IMG/VR virus record: IMGVR_UViG_3300002307_000046
Reading direction: 5' to 3' (one strand)
Origin: a virus
Length of the DNA stretch: 64,000 bases
The notes under the pieces were generated by a model. The model had not been told where the DNA came from and did no database searches. It saw only the letters and a program-made list of their open reading frames with translations. Positions 25,008 to 33,948 of the stretch are shown here, piece by piece (the first letter of the stretch is position 1; every line of letters begins with the position of its first letter). The position numbers and the translations under genes are program-made.

Positions 25008-25925
25008 ATGGCAATTATTGATATCAGTCAATTACCTCCAGCACCGGCTCTTACCGGCTCTGGAGTTCCGAAAGGTACAGATTTAATACCAGGTACTGAT
25101 GTCACCGCTATTACGCCATCAACACCGACAGGCGTTACATATAAATACACACAAGCATCAATGCTTAATTTCTATTTATATGCACTCGGGTATTACGTAT
25201 ATCTTGCAACTCGGGTTGCCACAACAGGAAATCTAACCGCAATTTATTCCAATGGCACCGCAGGCGTTGGTGCGACCCTAACTAATTCAGGTGCTTTTGA
25301 GCCCATTACAATCGATTCTGTAGCTCTATCTCTAAATGATAGGGTCTTAGTATGGAGTCAATCTAACAACGTCCAAAACGGCTTATATTACGTTTCAACT
25401 GTAGGCGATAATGTTGCCGTTAATTGGGTATTAACACGTACCACGGATTTTAATACTACAGCACAAATAATCCAATTTGGGTTAGTGTTTGTCAATCAAG
25501 GCAGCACATATGCTGGGAGACTTTTTGAAGAAACGGCTGATACGCCTATTACAATCGGCACGAATGCCATTACCTTTGCTCTGTTTAGCTTTGCTACCCA
25601 GTCTAATTTTACTTGGAATGACATTACAGGTAGCTCTGCTGATATGGTTCCTAATAATGGCTATATTGCTGATTTTGGTTCTCTGGTAACATTGACACTT
25701 CCAACTTCCGCTGCTTTTGGCACAGAACTTGCGGTATGTGGGAAAGGTTCAGGTTTATTTACAGTGGTAACAAACGCAGGACAATCAATAGTCTTTGGTG
25801 AAGTGACAGCAACAACAAGCGTTGCTTCAATGTTGGCCTCTGATTCATTAAGATTAGTCTGTACCATTGCAAATACACAGTGGACTCTTACTGGCGGTCC
25901 GCAGGGAAGCTTTACTATAACTTAA
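25008..25925 (+). CDS. Fibre-like virion protein, paralog group A
   Basis: LSLNDRVLVWSQSNNVQNGLY motif; shared ~100-aa C-terminal domain. Confidence 0.7.
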   Translation: MAIIDISQLPPAPALTGSGVPKGTDLIPGTDVTAITPSTPTGVTYKYTQASMLNFYLYALGYYVYLATRVATTGNLTAIYSNGTAGVGATLTNSGAFEPITIDSVALSLNDRVLVWSQSNNVQNGLYYVSTVGDNVAVNWVLTRTTDFNTTAQIIQFGLVFVNQGSTYAGRLFEETADTPITIGTNAITFALFSFATQSNFTWNDITGSSADMVPNNGYIADFGSLVTLTLPTSAAFGTELAVCGKGSGLFTVVTNAGQSIVFGEVTATTSVASMLASDSLRLVCTIANTQWTLTGGPQGSFTIT

Positions 25926-25949
25926 ACAATAAATACACGGAGTGTACAA

Positions 25950-26735
25950 ATGGCGACCAATAATAGTTTAAATATAAACAGTTCAACCCCCCTAATACTT
26001 GCATGGGGCGGTACGAATGCAAATTTAACTGCATCTAACGGTGGTTTGGTTTATACCGACGCATCAAAAATGGCGATTTTGTCTGGAACTGCAACAGCCA
26101 ATCAGATTCCTTTATCTGGTTCTAGTTCTGCACCAAGCTGGTCAACAGCAACATACTTATCTACATTAGTTGCTAATGAGCTTGTTTATGCATCAGCATC
26201 AAACACCATGGCACAGATTACAACTGCTAATAGCGCTGCATTAGTTACAAACTCTTCTGGTGTTCCTGCGTTCACGTCTTCAATGACAGATGGTCAATTG
26301 TTGATTGGTTCTACAGGTGCTACACCAGCAACTGCTACATTGACTGCAGGAACTGGTATCAGTATCACCAATGCCGCTGGAAGCATCACTATTACCAATA
26401 CTGGCGCAATGATAACCTGGGCAAATATTACCGGTACAACACAAGCTGCCGCAGTAAATACAGGATATGTTGTTGGAAATGCCTCTCAAACAACAGTTAC
26501 ATTACCGGCTACTGCTGCTTTAGGTTCTATTGTAGAAATTGCTGGTAAAGGCGCTGCTGGATGGGTACTAGCTGCTAACACTGGACAAACAATTCAGTTA
26601 GGTTCTGTAGCTACAAGTACAGCGGGCACTGTTACATCTGCTAATCAGTATGACTGCATCCGTGTAGTATGTGTTACGGCAAATACCACCTGGGTTGCAC
26701 TTTCTGCGTGGAGTAATGGTTTTACAACTACCTAA
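25950..26735 (+). CDS. Fibre-like virion protein, paralog group A
   Basis: T/A/S/G-rich; shared C-terminal domain. Confidence 0.7.
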   Translation: MATNNSLNINSSTPLILAWGGTNANLTASNGGLVYTDASKMAILSGTATANQIPLSGSSSAPSWSTATYLSTLVANELVYASASNTMAQITTANSAALVTNSSGVPAFTSSMTDGQLLIGSTGATPATATLTAGTGISITNAAGSITITNTGAMITWANITGTTQAAAVNTGYVVGNASQTTVTLPATAALGSIVEIAGKGAAGWVLAANTGQTIQLGSVATSTAGTVTSANQYDCIRVVCVTANTTWVALSAWSNGFTTT

Positions 26736-26887
26736 TATATTGAACATACAGGTATGTTTATATGCAATAGCCTTCTGTTAAAGAGGCTATACATTGATAA
26801 ATAGAAAACATAAAATAAATCAAGTGACGCTAAAAAAGGTAAAATACCTTAGAATTAAAGACTGAAAAAAGTCACGGAGCGAAACAA

Positions 26888-28738
26888 GTGAGCATAAATA
26901 ATAGTTTGAATATAAATGCGTCATCACCTCTCATCCCCGCATGGGGTGGGACGGGTGTATCCAATGGCACTAATACGCTCACTATTGGTGCTAACTCTTT
27001 TATTAATCAAGATGTGAGGACAAGTGCGAGTCCACAGTTTGTAAATTTAACCCAAGGTTATTCTACTACTGCTACGGCTGGAACAACTACCACCTTAACT
27101 AATTCAAGTAATAATCAACAATATTTTACAGGTATTTTGACACAAACAGTTCAATTGCCAGTAACTTCTACATTAGTTTTAGGTCAGCAATATTTAATAG
27201 TTAATAATTCTACTGGAACAGTTACAGTTACTTCGTCTGGAGGCAGTACAATTCAGGCCCTCCCGACAAATACACAAATAATCGTTACTGTCATCGATAC
27301 AACTTTAACGACAGCATCAGCATGGAATTCAGATTATTCATCAGATACTTTGGGTGTTGCGACATTAACTGGTACCTCGAATCAGGTTCTAGTAAATGGA
27401 GGGGTAGGTCCTGTAACAGGGGCTGTCACTCTTACTCTTCCTCAAAGCATTGGAACAGGAAGTTCACCTACTTTTTCTTCATTGACTTTGACTTCGCCAT
27501 TATCTTTAGCAAATGGAGGGACGAGTGCAAGTATTACCACCGCAAATAATAGCATATTCGCTACTAATGGATCGGGTATTGTAGGTCTAACGACTTCATT
27601 GCCTTCCGCTGTTCAAGTTGGTGTAAATAGCTTAAATTCTGGCACAAGCGCTAGTTCCTCCACGTTTTGGAGGGGTGACGGAACATGGGCAACTCCGGCA
27701 GGTACAGGGGTTTCGAGTGTTTCTGGAACCACAAACCGAATAACCTCCACGGGCGGTACTACCCCGGTCATAGACATCTCAGCAAGTTATGTCGGTCAAG
27801 CATCTATAACAACCCTTGGAACAATAACAACCGGGGTTTGGAATGGTACGGCTATAGACTTGGCAAACTTCGTCACGGGGAATCTAGCAGTTACCCATCT
27901 GAATAGCGGAACAGGGGCTAGCAGCTCTACATTCTGGCGAGGTGATGGCACTTGGGCAGCTCCTAGCGGAAGCGGTACGGTTAATAGTGGTCTAATTAAT
28001 CAACTAGCTTGGTACGCGGCAAATGGTACGGCTGTTTCAGGATTGAGTACGGCGGCTTCTGGCGTTTTAGTTACTTCGGCAGGTTCAGTTCCAAGTATAA
28101 GCACGACCCTACCGAACGGCCTAGCAATGGGTACTCCGGCTTCGTTGACTTTGACCAACGCAACTGGACTGCCTATTTCTGGAATCACAGGATTGGGAAC
28201 CGGAGTTGCAACAGCTTTAGCCATAAATGTCGGCTCGGCAGGTGCTTTTATAACCTTTAACGGTGCGTTAGGAACTCCAAGTTCAGGTACTTTAACCAAC
28301 TGTACGGGACTCATTCCTTCCACTGGCCTTGCCGCAACAGGAACGCCAAGCTCATCAACATACTTGCGAGGTGACAACACTTGGTCGACTATTTCAAGTG
28401 GCACCATTCCTTATACAGTGATCACGGGTTCGTCTCAAGCCATGAGTACCAATAATGGATACATTGCTAATAATGCATCTTTGGTTACTTTCACATTGCC
28501 AACAACCTCAGCGGTAGGAGATGTTTTATATGTTGGCGGAATTAATACTGGTGGATGGAGTCTTACGCAAGCAGCAGGACAAAGCGTTCAGATAGGCGCA
28601 TCCACTTCAACAGTAGGGGTTACGGGTTCCGTTACTTCCCAAGCTGGAACGGATGGGGTGCAACTAGTTTGCGTGGTTGCGAATACCAAGTGGGCGAATA
28701 TAGCCGCACCTCAATCACTTAACTTGACCGTTGTTTAA
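26888..28738 (+). CDS. Long fibre-like protein with FWRGDGTW repeats, paralog group A
   Basis: GTG start, SD GGAG; three RGDxTW repeats; shared C-terminal domain. Confidence 0.75.
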   Translation: MSINNSLNINASSPLIPAWGGTGVSNGTNTLTIGANSFINQDVRTSASPQFVNLTQGYSTTATAGTTTTLTNSSNNQQYFTGILTQTVQLPVTSTLVLGQQYLIVNNSTGTVTVTSSGGSTIQALPTNTQIIVTVIDTTLTTASAWNSDYSSDTLGVATLTGTSNQVLVNGGVGPVTGAVTLTLPQSIGTGSSPTFSSLTLTSPLSLANGGTSASITTANNSIFATNGSGIVGLTTSLPSAVQVGVNSLNSGTSASSSTFWRGDGTWATPAGTGVSSVSGTTNRITSTGGTTPVIDISASYVGQASITTLGTITTGVWNGTAIDLANFVTGNLAVTHLNSGTGASSSTFWRGDGTWAAPSGSGTVNSGLINQLAWYAANGTAVSGLSTAASGVLVTSAGSVPSISTTLPNGLAMGTPASLTLTNATGLPISGITGLGTGVATALAINVGSAGAFITFNGALGTPSSGTLTNCTGLIPSTGLAATGTPSSSTYLRGDNTWSTISSGTIPYTVITGSSQAMSTNNGYIANNASLVTFTLPTTSAVGDVLYVGGINTGGWSLTQAAGQSVQIGASTSTVGVTGSVTSQAGTDGVQLVCVVANTKWANIAAPQSLNLTVV

Positions 28739-28747
28739 GGGGATATC

Positions 28748-29584
28748 ATGGCTAATGCAATTAATAAAGTTATAACCCCTACACCAACAGCTAATGCTGT
28801 TCCTCTATTTGATGCGAGCGCCAATTTATCTGGCAACAATGTTATAGGTGGATTTGCGACTACTGTAAGGTCTTTTAGTTCAAACTATACTTTGACCATA
28901 GCAAGTGCTGAGAATCAGCAATTTACTGGGTTAGCTGGCGCAGACCAAGTTCTATTGCCATTGACAACGACACTAGTGGCTGGAATTTCCTATACGATTA
29001 TTAACAATAGCTCTGGTGCTTTGACTGTTAAAGATTCAACAAACACTAATATTATTTATTCAATCCCTGCTGCTTATGCGGTAACTTTTATTTGTGTTTT
29101 AAATTCAGGAGCAACCGCAGCCTCTTGGTATGTGGCACAGCCATTTAGGCCAGTAGTAGAAGGTACATTTGTACCTACTTTTACATTTTCAAACGTAGGA
29201 GATTTGTCTGTGGCCTATACGACTCAGACAGGATTCTATAGACAAATACCCACTCCAACTGGCTCACTTGTTTGGATGTATGGTATTTGCCAATTTACGC
29301 CAACATTTTCTACTTCTAGTGGACAGGCAAGATTAATGCTTACAACCCCACCTAATAATATTTCGCCATCCAATGGATATATACTTCTTGCTGATGCCGG
29401 AGGGGTAAACTTTGGAACAGGCAACACCTATTCCTTTCTACAGGGCGCAGGCTCAACTCCAATCTTTACGATATGTGCATGGGGTAGTAATAAGGCTCCG
29501 GGTTCTCTTAACTTAGCACCTGCAAATTTTACGACAGGTGCAGCTGTATCATTACAATGGGAAGGGTGGTATCGAAGTTATTAA
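28748..29584 (+). CDS. Fibre/receptor-binding-like protein
   Basis: Shares the QQF(T)G...LP.T.TL..G..Y.I.NNS module with 26888; EGTFVPTFT tip-domain motif. Confidence 0.7.
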   Translation: MANAINKVITPTPTANAVPLFDASANLSGNNVIGGFATTVRSFSSNYTLTIASAENQQFTGLAGADQVLLPLTTTLVAGISYTIINNSSGALTVKDSTNTNIIYSIPAAYAVTFICVLNSGATAASWYVAQPFRPVVEGTFVPTFTFSNVGDLSVAYTTQTGFYRQIPTPTGSLVWMYGICQFTPTFSTSSGQARLMLTTPPNNISPSNGYILLADAGGVNFGTGNTYSFLQGAGSTPIFTICAWGSNKAPGSLNLAPANFTTGAAVSLQWEGWYRSY

Positions 29585-29608
29585 TGCATTTAACTAAAGG
29601 AGTAGTAC

Positions 29609-29818
29609 ATGACGTTAACAGTAGAAAAATTGCGTACTGATATAGCAGTTCTTGCTGGAAGAAGAGATCAAGCCCATCAAGATTACCATCAAGTAATTGG
29701 TGCGATTTCCGTATTAGAACAAATGATATATCGCATCGAAAATCCAGAAGCACCCAAGCCCGAAGGAGAGGAAAGTTTCGAGCTTGAACCTGTTCCTGAA
29801 CATCACGAAGCTGCTTAA
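29609..29818 (+). CDS. Coiled-coil protein with an acidic tail (possible fibre chaperone)
   Basis: SD AAGGAG; follows a fibre gene. Confidence 0.65.
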   Translation: MTLTVEKLRTDIAVLAGRRDQAHQDYHQVIGAISVLEQMIYRIENPEAPKPEGEESFELEPVPEHHEAA

Positions 29819-29844
29819 TTCATAGATGGCGCAATGAGTTCATT

Positions 29845-29967
29845 TCTCTTGGAGCGATTGATATAATTGCAATCCCGGTATATCTACCAAACAATTATTA
29901 TGCTTTGTTATCAACCTCTGGCACGATAACAGCATCCATTTCAGGCCAAATTGCAATGCTCATGTGA
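29845..29967 (+). pseudogene. Start-less remnant of a fibre C-terminal domain
   Basis: PVYLPNNYYALLSTSGTITASISGQ vs TVYLPNNYYVNISTTGTISASVSGQ in 23787-24995; no in-frame ATG back to the stop at 29797. Confidence 0.65.
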
Positions 29968-29973
29968 GGTTTT

Positions 29974-30132
29974 ATGATATTAGACACAGAAAAAATTTTA
30001 AATGACATTCATGAAAAATTAGCTATACTTAATACAAAAGATAGACAATTTGCACTAAAAGAATTAGAAAAATTTGCACTTTTGATATTCACATTTATTG
30101 AAAAGATGAATAAACCAAGCGAAGATGAATAA
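29974..30132 (+). CDS. Hypothetical protein, 52 aa
   Basis: SD GAGG; hand translation MILDTEKILNDIHEKL... Confidence 0.55.
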   Translation: MILDTEKILNDIHEKLAILNTKDRQFALKELEKFALLIFTFIEKMNKPSEDE

Positions 30133-30156
30133 AAACTTACGATTAAAGGACGAATC

Positions 30157-31143
30157 ATGCCAATTAAAGCAATTACAATAGGACAACCAGGATTAGTAGA
30201 TGTCAGCCCGTCAATTATTTACATTGATACAACAGATACATTTGCTACCGTAACATCAACTGGTTATTTAAATCAAGCAAAGGAGCAAGGTTATACTTTT
30301 AACAATAAGCAAATGGCAGAAGTTTACACCACTGATTCGGGTCCTTTATTGTTGCAAGTGTCGGTAACTTCTACAAATGTTAGTTTGATTCAGGAGAATG
30401 GTCCTGGTGATATTACGTTGCCAACAATATCAAATCATATTATTGTTTCTACGAATACTGAAGGACAATTAGCCAATTTAAGTGGTACTGCTATTAACAA
30501 TGGTTCTTTGCAAGCTGGTTTATCTGGAACCGCTGGAAGTTTGGCGTCATTCCCGTCAACAGCATCAAAAGGTTATTTGGCGTTAACAGCCGTTGCAAAC
30601 ACTGGCGATACCGCTACCATTATTAGTAACGTAGCCATGGGACAAGCTTCAACTGTAAGTATTCCAGATCCCGGCAATGCCGCAGCCAGATTCTTAATTG
30701 GCGCAACAGCAACGCCACTAGTATCTGGAAATTTCCCACAAAATAGCGGCACAGGTGGTTTAGTTGTAGATTCCGGATTAGCAGTAAGTAATATTGTATC
30801 TAAAACTGCCGCAAATACATTTTCAGGAGCGGGTCAAATAATCCTTGCGAAAGCAAATGGTACAGAAGCCGCAAACGCAGTTACGGCAAGTGGTAATGCT
30901 GGGGTGATTACTACCTCTTCATTGACTACAGCGGGTGGCGCTACCTATGTTATTACTTGGACAAACACAAAAATCACTCCAACATCAGTGATTACGCTTA
31001 CAGTCCAAGGCGGTACAAACACTGTGCAAAATATTACATTTACATGCGTCCCAGGCAGTGGAACAGCAGCGCTCACAATTTACAACAATACTGCAGCTAC
31101 CTCACTAAATGGAACCATTCTTATCGGATATTCTGTTTTATAA
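30157..31143 (+). CDS. T/S/G/A-rich virion protein
   Basis: 328 aa, composition like the fibre cluster. Confidence 0.7.
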   Translation: MPIKAITIGQPGLVDVSPSIIYIDTTDTFATVTSTGYLNQAKEQGYTFNNKQMAEVYTTDSGPLLLQVSVTSTNVSLIQENGPGDITLPTISNHIIVSTNTEGQLANLSGTAINNGSLQAGLSGTAGSLASFPSTASKGYLALTAVANTGDTATIISNVAMGQASTVSIPDPGNAAARFLIGATATPLVSGNFPQNSGTGGLVVDSGLAVSNIVSKTAANTFSGAGQIILAKANGTEAANAVTASGNAGVITTSSLTTAGGATYVITWTNTKITPTSVITLTVQGGTNTVQNITFTCVPGSGTAALTIYNNTAATSLNGTILIGYSVL

Positions 31144-31159
31144 ACAACAAAGGAAAAGA

Positions 31160-31366
31160 TGTATGAACTCAGAAGTATTAAAAGGTCGTGTAAAGCAATT
31201 AGAAGACGCCGTAAATCAGTCAACTCAGAATCATTTTGTATTGACTGGCCAATTACAAGAAGCTAAAGTTGTGTTAGAAGAAATGTTGAAAGAAGAAGCG
31301 GCATTAAATGACACCGACGAAGCCTCAAACGACGCTAGCGAAAGCGAACCCAACGAAGTACAATAA
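31160..31366 (+). CDS. Coiled-coil protein with an acidic tail (possible chaperone)
   Basis: MNSEVLKGRVKQLEDAVNQ...; same architecture as 29609. Confidence 0.6.
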   Translation, partial: CMNSEVLKGRVKQLEDAVNQSTQNHFVLTGQLQEAKVVLEEMLKEEAALNDTDEASNDASESEPNEVQ

Positions 31367-31370
31367 AGAA

Positions 31371-31844
31371 ATGCCGGTGGTAGATGTTGATTCATCCCAA
31401 ACTACTACCGGTAATCCACTTTATAATATGACCTCTCTCGAAGAAACAATTATCAACCATGAAGGTTTAAAAAATTACGTTTATGTAGATACTACCAATA
31501 ATTACACCATTGGCATTGGGCGTAATATTAGCCCTGGTGGACAAGGTATTTCCAATGCAGAATGTGTTTATCTATTGCGCAATGATATCGAACGCATTAA
31601 AAATCAAATTAAAGACTATTCTTGGTATGTTAATCAGGACCGTGTACGTCAAGAGGCATTAGTTGAATTAACGTTTAATTTGGGCCTTAATGGGCTTTTA
31701 ACGTTTAAATTGATGCTGGCCGAGATGGAAAGAAAAGATTATATCAATGCAGCCAAAGAATTACTTGATTCAATATGGGCGACACAAGTTGGTACAAGCA
31801 GAGCGATCAACATAGCCAATAGGATTAGAACAGGGACTTATTAG
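31371..31844 (+). CDS. Endolysin, GH24 lysozyme (start may be 31428)
   Basis: Catalytic triad E-x8-D-x5-T: HEGLKNYVYVDTTNNYTIGIGRN. Confidence 0.9.
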   Translation: MPVVDVDSSQTTTGNPLYNMTSLEETIINHEGLKNYVYVDTTNNYTIGIGRNISPGGQGISNAECVYLLRNDIERIKNQIKDYSWYVNQDRVRQEALVELTFNLGLNGLLTFKLMLAEMERKDYINAAKELLDSIWATQVGTSRAINIANRIRTGTY

Positions 31845-32189
31845 ATGCGCATAAAGCCAGAGGAAGGCTTTCAGATTGCAGTGGCAGATTTTGCAAGATT
31901 GCATAAATTGCCATTTTGGCACAGCGCCAATGAAAGAAAATGTAGTTTTGTTTATGGACAACTCTTGAAGAGAATGGGTGTGAAAGCAGGTGTAAGTGAC
32001 TGCTTCTTTCCTCGAGGAAATGATACTTTCAAAGGATTGTTCATAGAGCTTAAAGTAAAGCCAAACAAACCGACTAAATCCCAAATTAATTTCCTTGAAG
32101 AAATGATACAAGAAGGATATGCGGGTCATGTTGCTTATTCAATTGATGAAGCAATGTCAATTATCAAAACATTTTATTCACTTCAATAA
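31845..32189 (+). CDS. VRR-NUC domain nuclease (probable resolvase)
   Basis: GVKAGVSDCFF...LFIELKVKPNKPTKSQINF. Confidence 0.9.
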   Translation: MRIKPEEGFQIAVADFARLHKLPFWHSANERKCSFVYGQLLKRMGVKAGVSDCFFPRGNDTFKGLFIELKVKPNKPTKSQINFLEEMIQEGYAGHVAYSIDEAMSIIKTFYSLQ

Positions 32190-32416
32190 GCTGGATTGTT
32201 AATACCAAATTGACTTTGTAATGCTGCAACCTGCATTTTCAAATTTTTTAAATCATCTGTTATCAATCTGTTATCGTATTCTTTTTTGAGTTTATACTGA
32301 GCATCTAAAAAATCTTTGATGGTGTGCTTATAATAAGTTTGCAGTGACCACATCACGAGCAAACCTCCCATGCAACCACCAAAAAATCCCGTCATCAATA
32401 CTTCAACATTATTCAT
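32183..32416 (-). CDS. Membrane-anchored coiled-coil hypothetical protein
   Basis: VLMTGFFGGCMGGLLVMWSL hydrophobic segment. Confidence 0.6.
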   Translation of the reverse strand: MNNVEVLMTGFFGGCMGGLLVMWSLQTYYKHTIKDFLDAQYKLKKEYDNRLITDDLKNLKMQVAALQSQFGINNPAY

Positions 32417-33059
32417 AATGGCAAACTCTCTTAAATTGGCATTGTTTACAAATAAAATAAGATGGTGACTCACTTATTTTAGGAGGAGCAGATTCTGTGT
32501 TTTTTATTGTATAGGCTAATGTTTTAAGCCATTGATACCATGAATAATCAAAATCAATCCATTCTTCGTGCATTTCACTAGTGTTTTTGTTAATTGCTAA
32601 AAGAACGCCTTTATGAATACCAGACATACCCATGTAAGACTGCAATTGAGAATAATAGATTTCCTGCCATTTTTTCAATCCATGCTTCACAAATTGATTG
32701 TAACTCGAATCTTTCGCGGTCTTTATTTCTAAAATAGCGCGGGTTTCATCCGGAAGAACAATAACCCCATCAACATGACCTTGAAATTCCTGAATTTCTG
32801 CATCCTGGAAAAATTTACCTTGCGATACAATAAATATTCCTGATTTCTTCAAATACTCAAGAATCATCGACTCAAGTTCTTTGCCAATCTGAAATGTGAT
32901 TTGTGAGCGAGGATTAATAGGCTCTTCTTCTGCACCATGATAACCGTACCAAACAGTCCTTGCACAAGGTTTGCCAATAGATGAGGCACCAATATATCGT
33001 CTTGGGTCCTCATCGCTATTTTTGGTAATGTAATTAAGTATGGTATTGACTAGTTCCAT
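32409..33059 (-). CDS. Cas4/AddB-like PD-(D/E)XK exonuclease with 4 Cys
   Basis: GASSIGKPC...GHVDG...LEIKT...QLQSYM...CKQCQFKRVC. Confidence 0.88.
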   Translation of the reverse strand: MELVNTILNYITKNSDEDPRRYIGASSIGKPCARTVWYGYHGAEEEPINPRSQITFQIGKELESMILEYLKKSGIFIVSQGKFFQDAEIQEFQGHVDGVIVLPDETRAILEIKTAKDSSYNQFVKHGLKKWQEIYYSQLQSYMGMSGIHKGVLLAINKNTSEMHEEWIDFDYSWYQWLKTLAYTIKNTESAPPKISESPSYFICKQCQFKRVCHYE

Positions 33060-33070
33060 GTCTTAGTCCT

Positions 33071-33652
33071 CTAGAATGGAATTCCTAAATCATCATCAAT
33101 ATCCGGCACACCTTTTTGCATAATGCCTGATGGATATAAGTTATTTTTTGATGCTTTCAATGGCATTTTAACGCCTGTTTCGGTAACAAAATTATCGGTC
33201 ATGGGCCATACTTCTGATACAAAATTTCCTTCCATTATTTTGCCGTCTGATTTTTCAATTTGCCACTCTCTTATTTTAATCCCTAAAACTTTCCCTGACA
33301 TAGCCATTAGTTCAAGTGCTGTTGGTTCATTAGCGTGGGTCGGTTTGTAATTACATAAATCCATAATTAATTTAAGCATGTTAAGCGCTCGAGCAATTTG
33401 ATTTGACTCACCAATAAAACATTTTATTTTTTGGGTTACTTCGCGACCCTTAAAATCTCCTGCGATTAATTTATAGGTTATTTCATAATATTTTTCTTGT
33501 TGTTGGCTAAAATTATTGATTTTATCAACAAGATTAATTAATTTTATTTGGCCTGGGGCGCTTGTATTGTTAGGTATAATTGTTAAATCCGGTATAAAGG
33601 CATCCTCTGGACGACCTGTTATTTCTTGATTTGCTTGACCCCAAAAACTCAT
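33071..33652 (-). CDS. DUF669-type single-stranded DNA-binding protein
   Basis: Acidic tail DIDDDLGIPF; adjacent to Sak4. Confidence 0.7.
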   Translation of the reverse strand: MSFWGQANQEITGRPEDAFIPDLTIIPNNTSAPGQIKLINLVDKINNFSQQQEKYYEITYKLIAGDFKGREVTQKIKCFIGESNQIARALNMLKLIMDLCNYKPTHANEPTALELMAMSGKVLGIKIREWQIEKSDGKIMEGNFVSEVWPMTDNFVTETGVKMPLKASKNNLYPSGIMQKGVPDIDDDLGIPF

Positions 33653-33948
33653 TAATGCATCTCCTTTATTCTTAATTCATTATGTGCTTTTAATATTGAA
33701 TCGTTTAATTTATTCACAATATCTTTAAACACTTTGTCTCTATCTTCTTCTTTTATGCAAATATCAACGAAGTCATGTACGGAGCTAGAACATAAACTTG
33801 CTAATATTGACATTAATATTTGCGGTCCAAAATCAGTAAGATATTGGTCGCTAAATTTGCTTGCCAATTCTTTTTTTAATTTTTTATCCAATGTTAATCT
33901 TATTTTTTCTATTCTTGTAATAATATGATTAAATTCCGTATTATTCAT
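33652..33948 (-). CDS. Hypothetical protein
   Basis: Tiled in the leftward operon. Confidence 0.65.
   Translation of the reverse strand: MNNTEFNHIITRIEKIRLTLDKKLKKELASKFSDQYLTDFGPQILMSILASLCSSSVHDFVDICIKEEDRDKVFKDIVNKLNDSILKAHNELRIKEMH

Noticed and set aside
13149-29753. Numerous 60-135-aa antisense and alternate-frame ORFs within structural genes
   Set aside because: Shadows of T/S/G/A-rich coding frames, with no SD, promoter or motif support
24890-29967. Diversity-generating retroelement (fibre tip as VR, remnant at 29845-29967 as TR)
   Set aside because: No reverse transcriptase in the genome, and the differences are spread over all bases and mostly synonymous rather than adenine-specific
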